Below, one piece after another: positions 49,601 to 62,512 of a stretch of DNA of 64,000 nucleotides. The position numbers and the translations under genes are program-made. This DNA comes from Phallusia mammillata (Eukaryota), in NCBI GenBank assembly GCA_965637545.1, contig OZ281495.1, positions 13,826,001-13,890,000 of the forward strand, written 5' to 3'. The first letter of the stretch is position 1, and the number at the start of each line of letters is the position of its first letter. A model generated the notes under the pieces. It did no database searches, had not been told where the DNA came from, and was given only the letters and a program-made list of their open reading frames with translations.

Positions 49601-52600
49601 ATTGACATGTTAAGCAGACCCACATGGATTTGTGAGGCTGTTGTAAAAATTCTTGAGGATGAGAAGACACAGGCTGAGGAGGACAATAAAAATGATGAAA
49701 GCAGTTCATGTTCATCTTCGAACAGCTCAAACCAGACTGAAATTGAAGCTGAAGATGAAAACACTTCAACTATAGCGAACTCTGCACCTCAAGATCCAAT
49801 TATGATGGATTTTAGAACTGCCGTTTATAAACCAGAGGAAGAGATCACTGAAAAAAGTTTAACAGCACGTTACTCCACATCTGCTGACAATGAGTTAATT
49901 GATCTTGGCCTGTCTTTACTTCCAGACAGTCAGGTCTCAGAAGGCAGTGAAGACTTATTTACCATTACATCAGATACAGACCAAGAAGCTGATCTCAATA
50001 TAAACAATGGGGTTGACTTAACTGTTGGCAGTGCAACTAGCTCAGTAAACTCCCAGTCACTTATTAATGATGCTGAGTTGTCACATTTTGCTGACTCAAT
50101 TGATGTTTCTCTTTCATCATCGCAAAACTCAAATTTGAGTGTCAACTCCAGACATTTAAGGGAGCAAAACACAATTACTAGAGGCGGGTTTGCCAGTCCT
50201 AAAATGATGGAAAAGTCTGCAGGAAGCAGAAACAGGTTGGTAACCAATACTTTAATGATTGGTCTCAACTAACAGTTTAATGTTATGTGCTAGTGAAACT
50301 TAACATAATAAAAATAAGAAAAAATTGAAGGCATTTTGTTGTTAAACAGTGTATATTATGCAAAAAAGAATCGTTGTTTTTTTGCTACAAAAAATCACAG
50401 TTTGTTTTTTCCTTTGGACTTCATATTCCTCAATACATTTAACACACCTATTGCAATTGCAGTGTACAAGAACAAAGGATATTTCAACACCTACGAATAC
50501 CAGAAACACTTACAACTGATGAAGCTTTTGATGGTGGCAGCAAATATACACTGTATAAAATAACCTACACTGCCCCAGAACCACAGGTTCAACCTAAAAA
50601 AAGATTTAAATCGCCGTTTACAAAAACTGTGGAAAACCCTCCAGCAGATTCAAGTTCTATGAAACTAAAAGATTTTCAGGTGATTTGATTGCTATTAAAA
50701 GTGACTTGACATTTGTGGTAGTTACCAAGATGGCCAAGTAATTTGCGCAACCACCTTGTGTTTATGAGGTTGTGGGTTCTAATTCTGTCTTAGCCACTTG
50801 TGTTTCCCTGAAAAAGAACTTGGGTGGTATTGCTCACACCCTATGGAACCTAAAGGGTCAAACTAAATAAAAGTTATCAAATCCCGAAGTCAAAATAATA
50901 AAATAAAAAATAGTTCACTTAACAAACAATAAACAAACATGTTTACATTCAAATTCTATTTGTAGTAATGTAAAATGGTGGAGACATCTTTCCTTGCACT
51001 TGTTTTAATATCCATTAAATGCAAGGGGTTGAGTTGAGTTTATTTCTCTTAGTGAAACACAACACACCGACACTAGGTAGTCCACCTTAAATTTTGTTAT
51101 TTGTGGTAAACTATTTTCGCTCAATGAGAAAATTTTTATTTCGGTTAAAATCATTTTTGTTCAAAAGTCATGAAACTAACCTAGTTACCAATTTTAGACA
51201 AATTAACCAATTTTATTGTGTTTAAAATTTGAGTTTTTGCTGTTTGTTTTTGTTAAGGTTTGTCGTCGATTCAGGGAGTTTTTGACCCTTCAAGACAGGA
51301 TAAATGAGAACAACATGATTCGAAAGTTGATCCAAAGTGTGCGTGGGCCATCAAGGATGTTTCCCATGCCCATTGGGAACATGGACAAAGAATATATTGA
51401 GAAACGACGACTGTTTTTACAAGCTTATCTTCGAGAAGTAAGTTGCTGCTTAGATTTTGTTTTAAATTGCATTCCAGCTTATCTTATGGCTGTGTTAAAT
51501 TCTGACATAGTAATATATTTGCACTTCTGAAGGATGATTTTAATCAAAGTCTGCATGCAACCGGTCTTGTTAACATGATAACTACTTGCCATCACTTCTA
51601 ATAAGAATCTCACAACTTTTTATTTTTTGTGTGTGCAGCTGTGTTCATATAGTTTGGTCAGTCAGTGTGCAGAGATGAAAGAGTTTCTTGCTTATAACTC
51701 TGACCCTCGTCTTGCGTATGTTCGTCGACCCTCGGACATAATACCAAGGTACAGGCTCTGTAATAATTCAATGGTACAACATACTCCAAATACGCTTACG
51801 ATCGACTTTAATTTTTTATAACGTCCCATTAGATAAACATACACATATAACTAGGTTCAGTCCTGAAGCGGTTATCCAAAAAGGCTCTTGGAAAAAAGAG
51901 TCGGAAAGGCTTCAAACGTGGGTTCAAATCCCACCCCAGAGTGGATTTTTCCACTTTATGTCTCGGCATATTGGGATGCTTAGTGACCGGCTGATGCGGT
52001 ATAACGCTTTTAATAGGCGTGGCATACTATGATTTACATATGAGGGTGCCATAATCGCTGGTCTTCACAAACGCTTCAGTTTTTGAGTGTAAGTTTGTCT
52101 TAACTGATCGGTGGTCCAACTGGCGATCATATACTATGAGGCTGACATGTGCAGCATACCAGGCAGGCAACGGTGCATGTGATCGCTTTTGGACAGACTC
52201 ACAACTGTGTCTGTGTAGCGCAGTTGGAAGAGCATGAGTCCCAGAGAGGCCTGTGTCGTTGGTTCAAATCCCACCACAGGCTGGATTTTTCTGGAATATG
52301 CCTTGTCATGCGACTGGCTGATTCGGCATAACACCTTCAATAGTATTGGTAGACTCTGAACATAAATGGAAGCTCTACATACATTACAAAAAACTTCCAT
52401 AAAGACCCGTCATAAATATTTTTTAATTAGGTTCGACAAAATGATCAAGAACGCAGTTCAAGAATTCCTTGGTTCAGCGAGCCTAAAAATCACCGACCAT
52501 TTCGCTTCGGATGATGACGATGATTTCTATGTTCCTACTCCACAAAAGGTGCCGATCAAACCATCACAGTCTCTTCCACAGTTTCCAAACAAGCTAGAGG

Positions 52601-54258
52601 AAGCTCCAGATGGACAAAGTGAACTGCCTCGATCTACAACACAATGTGTGCTTTCACATTCACAACAGAAGTTCGGAGCAGTGACCAAGTTCAAAAACAT
52701 GGTTTTGGGGCGGCCAAATACGCCCGCCATATTCCAGGAGTTTTCCCGGGACTTTAGCGCCTTCTCAGGGCCAAGAAATGCAAACCAAGTCACGTTTGGG
52801 CGCAGTTGGCGGACACCTGAAAATCTGTTGACCAATAGGAACAGGTTTCAGTTTTCCACGTCTAACCGACGCACGCAGGGTGATGGATGTGACGTAATGG
52901 ATACCGAACGTGATGGAGACGCACGGTATCTGGGTGAATACCTAATTTCAGGTGCGATTGACCTAATTTCAGGTGCCACTGTGTTACACTCTTTAATACA
53001 AACAATGTATCAGACCAAGAATAACCTTTCAATACTTTTGAGAAAAAATGCAATCTATTCTTCAGTCTATTTTTTTCAAAATAAATCTGTTGTTGCTGGA
53101 TTAAGAAAGCTTATTTAACAAGCCTGAGTAACTAAAAAAACGGTTTTGAACAACAAAGAATTGCAAACTTTGTTTCTTAGGTCAGATTTTTCGCCTGACG
53201 CGTGCTATATGGAAAATCGGACTTGGTGTCAATTCGCTTTCATTCCTTTCCACTGCCCGATTTGTGACTGAGTTCATTAATAGAGAACTTCACAGTCTGA
53301 CTGTAAAGGACAAGTGGATGCTATATTTAACTGTGAGTAGAATTTTGAATTGCAATGTGCAAAATCCTGATCATGAAATGTTTAATACTATTTAACACAA
53401 ATCATGGTATGCCATGATCCAAGCATTCCCATATAGCAAGGCACAAACTAGAAAAAATTATCATGCGGTGGGATTCGAACCCGTGACTGAAGTCTTCTTG
53501 AGGCTGGCATTCTACCAACTGAGCTACACAGACTTGGTGGTGAACCCACAGAGAGTCGCCAGCTTCGTGGTAGGGGATCACTAGTTCCACCATTGATCAG
53601 CTAAGGTAATTCCCGGAAGACTCCTGTTGTGGGTCAAATCCTACCACAGGCTAGATTTTTCTAGTCTGTACCTTGCCGTGTGCCCGGCTGATTTAGCATG
53701 ACGTCTTTAATAGACTTGGTACTTTGTATTATGGATGAGTATGCCATGATCGCTGGTCTGCATGGACGCTTCAAGGCTGCATCACAGTATAAATGTGTTC
53801 TTCTTAGCTGACTATTTAACAAAACATAATTTGTCATTGTTCTTTCAAGGTAAGTTGAAAAACGGAGTTTTAGAAGCAGAATTAAACCCTGATTCTTCAG
53901 TTTGGTGATGATTAAAAGTTGCTCATTTAACGGACTAACAAACTTGTTTCGCATATAGACTTTGCAAGAAACACTGTGGCCTAAAGGGGAATGGAAGAGC
54001 AATGACACAAAAGATGAGGAAACATACGAGCATGTCTTTGAAGAGGCTGCAAAAAGTTTGGAAGCTACTTTACCTGATGTTATTCCTTTGCTGATAGGTC
54101 AATCCCGGTATAGCAAAGGTGTGAAAGAACTGCTGGAATCCTTTCAGAACCAAACCATCAACAGACACTTAGTTTATCATCTACTTGACACTACTGTCAA
54201 ACTCTTATTTCCTGACTTACAATCCATTTTGGCCTGTCGCAGTAACATATCAATGTAA
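46652..54258 (+). CDS. SNX19: Sorting nexin 19-like (TM, PXA, PX, Nexin_C; no RGS), ~940 aa
   Basis: Exons 46652-46784, 47341-47482, 48048-48254, 49399-50235, 50463-50679, 51258-51437, 51639-51748, 52431-52972, 53181-53332 and 53959-54258 are all phase-compatible. PXA (LREIIGHIIRDFILDWY), PX (VCRRFREFLTLQDRI...SVRGPSRMFP.PIGNMD...EFLAYNSDPRLAYVRRP) and Nexin_C (LQETLWPKG...NRHLVYHLLD). Confidence 0.88.
46907..47194. mobile_element. hAT-like MITE
   Basis: TIRs tagggatgggtc and (reverse complement) tagggatgagcc, plus a perfect internal 17-bp inverted repeat atgcttggtgctcggcc / ggccgagcaccaagcat. TSD degenerate. Confidence 0.7.
47690..47840 (+). mobile_element. 5'-truncated copy of the tRNA-derived SINE family seen at 51.9-53.8 kb
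   Basis: Shares body motifs cggtataacgtcttcaat, tatgatttatgtatgagtatgc and gcttcaaggctg...cttagctg with the other copies. Confidence 0.6.
48490..49327. mobile_element. Non-autonomous hAT element, 838 bp, in an SNX19 intron
   Basis: 12-bp TIRs cttaggcgccga / cataggcgccga (1 mismatch), perfect 8-bp TSD tgagcagc (48482-48489, 49328-49335), and subterminal ccgggtatgcc repeats. Confidence 0.92.
50728..50915 (+). mobile_element. Degenerate SINE-like element (second family)
   Basis: tRNA-like head remnants (gatggccaagtaatt ... gtgggttctaattc), a central gccacttgtgtttccctg motif and an A-rich tail. Confidence 0.4.
51915..52350 (+). mobile_element. Tandem pair of tRNA-derived SINE copies
   Basis: The second copy has a 73-nt tRNA-like head (52209-52281) with a paired acceptor stem GTCTGTG/CACAGGC, A box TAGCGCAGTTGG and B box GGTTCAAATCC, but a defective anticodon arm. 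The first copy keeps the B box (gtgggttcaaatcccac) and the full body. Confidence 0.75.
53400..53600 (-). mobile_element. tRNA-derived SINE copy preceded by a tail fragment of another copy
   Basis: Reverse complement gtctgtgTAGCTCAGTTGGtagaatgc...cacgGGTTCGAATCCcacc (head 53462-53533), then a body similar to the 51.9-kb copy. Confidence 0.75.
53612..53815 (+). mobile_element. tRNA-derived SINE copy, head truncated, back-to-back with the minus copy
   Basis: gtgggtcaaatcctaccacaggctagatttt... followed by a body matching the other copies to cttagctga. Confidence 0.7.
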
Positions 54259-54768
54259 AACTAAAGTTGCAACTGTAAGGTGTGTCAAACTTGCTGTTTT
54301 ATTTTGGTTGTTTGTTATTTATTTTTGTAATGTGGTGTCTGATGTTGATGCTTATTTTTAGAAACAAGCCAAGTGTGGATGATAATTAAAAAATAGTTTT
54401 AAATAAATCAGGTATCGGTAACTCTTACATTCCGAGCTAAGTGATCTGTATCAGGTAACACATGTAAAGAGTTTGATATACATTAAGAAATTTATACCCA
54501 ATATTCAATCGATAGCATGCTGAAAGTGGTGCTGTTCAAGACATGCACCTATTCTGGCTTTGCACTAATTGATAACGCTGGTGCAGTTGCTTTTTATTTA
54601 TTGTCTAATGCTAGTAATACATTGCCACAATGCATGAAAATACTGCGCCAGTGCTTACATTATCAATGTGAGCAGTAAAGGCATTTTGCACAAGTCTCTC
54701 AATCTTGCTTCGTCATCTTGCTTTACAACCAGGTGTAATGTATTTATGGTGTATTTATTTGATGACTG

Positions 54769-57700
54769 TCATTCCTCCACTTTGCAGTCATCCACTGTCT
54801 TGTTGGATGGGTAGTAAACTCCAAAAGAGAAATCTCCACAAGCAAATGATCCCTATAAAATGTGTTTAATATATTTGTTTATTTTATTGCCATTCTTAGG
54901 TGTCAACTTTTGGAATAAATAAGTATGGCTGTGATAAGATCATGAAAATTAGCAAAATTTAGGTTGCCTTTGAAAATGAGTTTGTCACTGTGTTCTTACC
55001 GGATTAATGCACAGGCAGTCAACCTGGTTTGCTTGATATGGCTCAGCCAGTTGATCAGCAAACACAACAAGGTCAGGAACAGGATAAAGTCTTAGAGCAT
55101 GGTCATGAGACCAGTAAACAGGACTAACAGCCAGTGGAAGTGGTGACAAGTTGCCTTGAGCAAGGATGCTTTTTACAAACTAAAAATATTGAGGAGACTT
55201 TGTACACAAAAGAAATGCCAAATGCAACTTATAGCCATCACGGTAATGACATCAGTTCTTTGCAATTTCATGTTAAATGCATTTTACCTGGGTGGGAATG
55301 TCGGAGGTTGGACATTTTAAGGAGTTTCGGCACATTTTCTTGACAATATCTTCCCTGAATATCACTATCTCTTGTGTGCAATATTGGATTCTTTATTGGA
55401 GGAGAAAAATATGTTTGTTAATTTGAAATTGGACAGTATAACTTAAGATTACCTGCAGGGGTTGGATGTAAAAATGGCATTGGGAACTTTTCTAACAAAA
55501 TCTTCAGTGACAATTGAAGGTAGAGCTGGCCTGGGTAAGATTTTACCAAATCCAACATCACTTGAGGATGGAACAAATACAAATTTGGTCCTGAAGCCCA
55601 GACAACATAGTTTTGAAATGTATACACACAAAAATGAATTAAACAAAAGTAGACAGGATAATGTTGCAGCAATTATCTTACTGTCTATGAATATGAGGAA
55701 ATCTAAGAATCATTCTTGCAAGGTTATTAAGTCCTGCTTTAACGTCGCTTGAATGGGACAGTCCATATGGTTTAGAGCAAAATGTGCCACACAGTACAAT
55801 GCAAGTAGGTGGATTTTCCTGGTAGCCAATAAACAATGTCTCTAGCTTATGTAGCACCTTTTCCTACACAAAAACATACATGTTATAATGAGGAATACTT
55901 TGGGGTTTGGGTGTATGATGGAAAGTGTAGAAACCTGGTCCAACCAAACATCTGAGAGAAACATAAACGCTGCATCTTCATTTTTCTGCTCCAACTCCTG
56001 TAACTTGGTTGAAGCTTTAGCACATAAGGCAGAAGGGCCTCCAAAGAAGTTTGTGTTTCCATAGTATGCCCTGTTAAAATTAACCCAAAATAACAAAACC
56101 AAGAAGAACATTTCCATTATGTAAGTTTGTTCCAACGACTATATGTTGTTTGAACCATCACAATTTTCTTTACCAATGTCAATCTAAGTAATGTAGTGTT
56201 TTGTACCGGGTAGTTTTTGCAGCTTCAAGTGGAGGAAACCCAAATGCAGTTACATGAAAAACTTCATCTTCATACCAACCCTCGGCAAGTACAAAGCTAT
56301 TTTCTGTGAACAATCCGGTGTGAAATTTCTAAAAAGTACACACAATAAAATGCTTCTGGCATTACACTAATTTAATCTGTTTAACGAATTCTTACTGCCT
56401 CGGTCAAATCAAGTTCAACTGCTCCAGTCAAATCTTCAAGAAAATACTTTCTCTGTAAAAAAAAGTTTGTTTACAATTTGAGCATTACAGACTAAGACAT
56501 TTAATGCCACTAAACCTCTTTAAGTTGTGTTATCATTCCCAAGACAATAATCTCTTTGAGCTTGGCAGTACACCCGAGGAGATACTCTACATTTCGCAGT
56601 TGAAATTTTTTGGCATTTACTTCATCAAGACCTGTTATAATAAAACAAAAAGAAGAACAAACACTGTTTTAAAACAGTAAACAAAACACAACCTTTATGT
56701 TGCCTGTGGATTTGAAAAATGCAGACAATTTGGGCTCAGTAGGTTACAAATAAAGGTCAAAGGGAGTTTTTGCTTCCAGCTTATGTAACTTGCAAATGTA
56801 TACTAACCAGGTATTGGAGGGGTAAAGAGTTTGTGCCTCGATGTGCGTTGGTACAGAACTTTGTATCTTTCCCGAAACAACTCTGCTTTATCATTTGCTG
56901 AACTAAGTAACGTTGGAGGAGGAAGCCCCAATTCTTCAGCCCTGGCAAGTTAACATGTGATTATTAACATGGTAGACTATTACTGTGATCTGCCCAGAAG
57001 TATTCATGGTGTCCAGTGATTACCATATACTTTTATATAAACCATAGTAAAAAAGGCATATTGATGTCACTGTTCCAAATAATAGTCCCATTGAAACCTA
57101 TTTTTAGTAGGATGCATAAGAGATTGAGTTAATTCGGAATTACACAGGCCTAAGGTAATACGATTTATCTGCATGAACTTTAAAATGACAAATAACAGCA
57201 TACTTAATGAATTTCTTTCTTTCGGAGTTGTAAATAAATCGAGGGACACTGAAGGCATCAATCACAGACAGGACTTGGTCACTTTAAAACATCGTAAAAA
57301 TTAATGCATTATTTTAATAGTGGGTTACAATTTTCATAAATGATTGTTACCTTTCATCATCACCAGTATCACATTCCTTAACTGCTTCTTCTACAATATC
57401 CGCATCAATAATATTGCTAGTTACTGAAAACCAGAAAAAACATTGTTGTTCAGGTAATGATCTAAAGCAGGTCCCTTAAGCAGTGAAATCAAGCAATAAA
57501 ATACAAATACGCATCAGTAATTGGCTGCAATTATATTTTCATGGTTAGGTATATTATATTGCAGCTACCAAAGATGGTGTTTCTCTGTGCAACTGCATTT
57601 CTAAACTTGTATCGCATGTTTATTATTTAATTTAGTTTCTAGGATCATTTTATCTTGACTACTTTTGAAGCTAATGCTTGAGAAAAAAGAACAAGTTGTT

Positions 57701-58131
57701 GCAACTATATTAGAATGCAAATGCTTGTCAAAAGCACCAGTTTACTTTAACAGCAGTTAAATAAATAAATAAATAATAAACTATAGGGCACAATTTGAAT
57801 TGCTCATTTGACGGGCCCGACAGTTTCCTTTTCCTATCTCTGATTGATTTGACAGAATCTTACATGTTTGTTTTTGTATGGCTTCTAAAATTCGATCAAT
57901 CCAATCTTCCCTCTCCACTTCATTTACTGGTCCCAAAATTTCAGTAAGATAACCGCTGGCATCACTGTACAAAACAAACTTGTTATGCTATAATGTCAAC
58001 ACAAAATATGCATGTCATTATAGGAAAATATCCCAACTAAAGCAACATTTCACTCACCTTCTTAACGTAAAACCATGCATTTTAAATGCGGAGATGATAG
58101 TTGATTTAACACGTTGATCTGAAGCTGCCAT
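54769..58131 (-). CDS. POLE2: DNA polymerase epsilon subunit 2 (Dpb2), 14 exons
   Basis: [24 protein letters not shown]...[15 protein letters not shown]...[10 protein letters not shown]...[13 protein letters not shown]...FLSDVWLDQ...ILPRPALP...[20 protein letters not shown]...[11 protein letters not shown]...CLCINPGSF...[15 protein letters not shown], closely following recalled human POLE2. All introns GT-AG. Confidence 0.97.
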
Positions 58132-58529
58132 GTTTCTCGATGTTGTTGATAATAATAGACGTAAAACTACAATTCACAAAACAATCGTTGAGCTTGGGGG
58201 ATTTTCCAAATTTTCCCGCGAGATCTTCACGCTTGAGCAGGTCGATAAAAATACAAACTTTACGAATTTTTAGCCACGTCGTCACTGTTATAATGTTTGC
58301 AAAAGAGATTTTTAAGGTTTTGTTTGTCAGAGTAATTTGGATTATGGCTAATAACCTAATATTTAAAAAAAACTGTTCTTCGTTTGGGTACATCGTATTT
58401 GCGCATACATATACGATTGTCGATTTGCAGATGTTGGTCACGAGCTTGCACTTTGCAACTGCGGTGTTGCGTGCATTTCCAGAGCTTTGAAGTTTATACA
58501 GTGTTGGAAACTGATCTTGATGCTATAGA
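58132..58529. promoter_or_regulatory. 398-bp head-to-head promoter POLE2/GALK2 with an E2F site
   Basis: The two start codons are 398 bp apart. TTTCCCGC at 58212-58219 matches the E2F consensus TTTSSCGC; locally CpG-rich. Confidence 0.7.
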
Positions 58530-61500
58530 ATGGCTGTTGTTGCTTCCAATTTGTCTTCACTCAAAGAGGATAACGCTGAGAAGTATAAAAGGTTTGTTGA
58601 TTGATTTTTTGGCATTTGTTTTAGTTGCAACTTTCAAAGTTTATTGGTTTAAAAATTGGTGAACGAGCAACTGTTTGCAGGTATAAAGAGCTTGCCAATA
58701 GTTTTGAAGCAAAATATGGAAAGGTCCCAAAATTCATCTGTTGCGCTCCTGGACGGGTATGGGTTATGCCTTTTTTAACATGTTACACAATTTTAAGAAT
58801 ATAGTTAAGACTTTAGAAAATAATCTTTAAACTGTGGTATGTTTTGTCATATTTTTTATCTAACATATGTTCCTGCATTGATATTAATAAAATCAAATTA
58901 AGGTTAACTTGATTGGTGAGCACATTGATTATTGTGGATATTCCGTTTTACCAATGGCTGTCAGTCAAGACATCAGTATGGCTGTGGCAACCACAAACGA
59001 TGGGTCATTAAATTTTTCAAACTTGGAGGGAAGCTTCCAGTAAGTCTATTTGCATTGCTGGTAAAAACACAAAGTTTTGAGGATTCTAACCTGCAAAAAC
59101 TGCATTCAATCTATTATTTAAACAAATGTTAAACTATGATTTTCAGAGACTACAACAGCAGCACAAAAACATTTGACATTGACAGCTCCAAATCAGAATG
59201 GTTCCATTACATACTTTGTGGATTTAAAGGAGTTTATGAATTTGCTTCTCTTGATATTGCCGCTGGTTAGTAGTTTTCAACAATAAAGAACCAAACCTAT
59301 TCAAAAACACAACTGCTGTTGTGTGAAGTGTTCCTAAGATTCATTTTTTACATCGAAATCTCAACATTGTTTTGTCTAGGAATGCAAGTGATGGTTCATG
59401 GAACAGTCCCAAAAGCTGCTGGAATGTCAAGCTCAAGTGCATTAGTTTGTGCTGCAGGATTGGCAACAGCATTCTCCAACAACTGTCAAATTTCAAGGGT
59501 GAGTGTTTCACATAGTCTACATAAATACATACTTGTATATACATGTATAATGGTCAATCATTTTTTTTTCAGCATGAAATGGCAGACATCTGTGCCAAAT
59601 GTGAAAGATATATCGGTACACAAGGAGGAGGGATGGATCAGTCAATTTCATTTCTAGCTGAAAAAGGAACTGTACGTTTACGACACCATTTTTGAAGATT
59701 TTTCTTTCAGTCTTACTGTATTTTGACATAACAGCTAGTACTGTACTGTGCAAATTTAAGCTGAAGGGTGTGTAGGATTCGCTTTGTTTAAAATGTGTCT
59801 TTGTGTGTGAGCAGGCGAAATTGATTTCATTCAATCCATTAAGAGCGGAAGATGTCATTCTTCCTGATGGTGCTGTTTTTGTGATTACCAACAGTTGTGT
59901 AAAGATGGAAAAGGCTGCAACTGCTCATTTCAACATTCGAGTTGCAGAATGCAAAATTGCTACCCAAGTATGATAATATTTAAATGCAATATTAAATTCC
60001 ACTTTTTGGCATTGCCTTGTTTAGATAAGATGTGCGAAGACTGTGGCCTGTTTAACTATTTATTGTCGCCTGCATGAAAATTTGTTGTAGTGTACAACAT
60101 AGTTAAAAGCGTTAAATGTTTTTTGTGTGTAAGTATTCCCTGAAGATAACGTTGCCATTACTGCAAACTTACTTAACAATTTAACAGAAAATTTCATGCA
60201 GAAATTTAAAATATTTTTTTAAAGCTTGTATGTAATTTTTTGCAATCATGCAGACACATTGTTTTATAGGTTTTCCAATCCTAGTTTAGATGTGGCATAA
60301 ATTAGTTTCCATTTTCACATTGCAAAAAGATTGTAAAAGTGTGATCAATTAAAATAGCAAAAAAGAGAATGTTGGCCGTGATGAAAGCTAGCACAAAAAA
60401 CATTGAGTTGGATTGAAGACCAAAATTTGGCTTTTTTGAAGACCAAAAGCATCTTATATTTGTTAACGGAACAAAAAAGCATTGTGAGGTGCCCCTGCCT
60501 AATTCAAATATTATTCGAAACATTCTTTTATTTACAGATTTTGGCAAAGCACAAATCAATTGATAGAACTGACAAAAAAAAGTTTATTGATGTGCAAAAT
60601 GCTTTGAAAGCTTCATTCAGTGAAATGCTTTCTCTAGTTGAGGAAGTTTTTCATACTGAACCTTACACTCGAGAGGAGATTTGTAGGCTTCTAGAAATTA
60701 CTGATGATGTTCTGAAAACTTCGCTACTGAGTCAAAACACTCAAGATGGTCAGTACCTAATTGTTTTTGGTCAGTACCTAAATGAATTCAAAACTTGTTT
60801 TGCGGGTTTAATACTTGGCTGGTCTTGCCACTCCACTGTGATATACAGTAATTCAGTGGCTGCATGCTTCTAATAATAGTAAACACATGCATTTACTGCT
60901 CTGGTAACAGTTTCATGTTTTATTACTTTTACATGAATTAAACTCATACAACAATAAACTGCAATTTGGAGAAATCCAAGTTAATTTGATCGTTAAATGG
61001 TCATTGTTGGCTCAGCTACAGCTACTGAGGATAGGTTACTGCAGGTCAACATACACACATTGCACAACACAGTTTAGAATGTTTCATTATACATATCTCC
61101 ACAATTGTGACACTACTGCTTTTTTACAGTTAAACTTTTTATACATGTCATTATATAGTTGTTGTTTTTTTACCTTTTTCTGCAAAATGCAAACAAATCT
61201 GGGTCAAATTTATCTCAAAATTTTGTTAGTAATATGCATATATGTACACAGGTTTGGGGACCCATTAATTTATGCTTGTAGAAACAATTTTGTTGCGAAA
61301 TATTACAAAAAAGTAGAGACATATGAATATCCTATCAGAGTATAGCAAATATTGTATGTCAGTGGTGGAATTCAATTTTTTTGTTAGCCGGTTCTATCAC
61401 AAAAGTCATATTTTTCAGCCGGTTCTGTTACAAAAATTGTATTAACAGTTACCAGTAATGCTAACCGGTTCGCTGATCTCATAAAATTTCCTGAGACGGT

Positions 61501-62512
61501 TCTATAGAACCGGTGCAAACCGACTGAATCCCACCACTGTGTATAATCAACAATGACAATTCTGAATGTGTTGGGTTACTAGATCCTAAACTCAATTTAA
61601 TTTTGTTTCATATACAGTACAAAGCTTCAAGCTGTATCAGCGATCCAAGCATGTATTCGGTGAAGCATATCGTGTTCATCAGTTCAAAGACGTTTGTAAC
61701 AATAAAAGTGATTCGAACAAACTTAGCACTCTTGGTAATTTGATGACTGAAAGTCACATGAGCTGCAGTGAACTTTATGAATGCAGTTGTCCACAGCTTG
61801 ACACCTTAACTCAACTTTGCAGGTGGGATGATAAGTTGTACTTAAAATGCATGTATATGAACTTAATCGCATTTTTGTGTTATCTTTGATTTTTTAAAAC
61901 TCAATATGTGTACATTTAATTTGTTTTTGTTGAAATTAGTCCCACATTTTATACATTTTGTATGTCATGATAGAATCAAAATGTAACATAATGGTACACA
62001 TGCATCATAATCAAATTTACTACATTTTAAATGGAATTGTAGACTCTGAAGGATATGATACATTTTCATTAGATTTATTTTGAAGTCCACCTTTTATATA
62101 AATGTACGACTCACATACCTATGATTCCTATTAATCCACCTTTTTAAGGTGATCATTCTGTTTTGATAGATTGTTCTTTTAGTTTAACACTGTTTTTGTA
62201 TGAAAATATTAAACTCCCTACTCTGCAACCATAATTATAAGTTATAACATAAATACTATTGATATGGATTAAGCATTATAGAAGTTAAAACCTGTTTTGT
62301 TTCCAAACTTTAGAGATGCTGGGGCTTTGGGTTCCCGACTTACTGGGGCTGGCTGGGGTGGCTGTGCTGTCTCATTGGTCCCTGAAAAATCTGTACCTAA
62401 CTTTTTAAATCAAGTCCAAGCTGGGTACTACAACAAAATGTCTGGTATCAACACGGAAAATGTGATGTTTGCAAGTCAGCCTGGTGGTGGTGCACAAGTA
62501 TATATTATGTGA
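58530..62512 (+). CDS. GALK2: N-acetylgalactosamine kinase (GHMP family), 10 exons
   Basis: [118 protein letters not shown] and [12 protein letters not shown]. These are GalNAc-kinase-type rather than GALK1-type motifs. Confidence 0.96.
61360..61539. mobile_element. hAT-type MITE, 180 bp, in a GALK2 intron
   Basis: 15-bp TIRs cagtggtggaattca / cagtggtgggattca (1 mismatch) with multiple ccggttc/gaaccgg subterminal motifs. TSD imperfect. Confidence 0.85.

Noticed and set aside
52209-52281. Functional tRNA gene (also 53462-53533, minus)
   Set aside because: The anticodon arm and parts of the D and T stems do not pair, no 7-nt anticodon loop is assignable, and each head continues into a shared repeat body. 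Called SINE heads instead.
57520-57570. Intronic hairpin gctgcaat...attgcagc as a pre-miRNA
   Set aside because: The stem is only ~11-12 bp, too short for a Drosha/Dicer substrate.
54769-62512. Minor-spliceosome (U12) or GC-AG introns in POLE2/GALK2
   Set aside because: Every intron inspected has ordinary GT-AG ends without the RTATCCTT donor.
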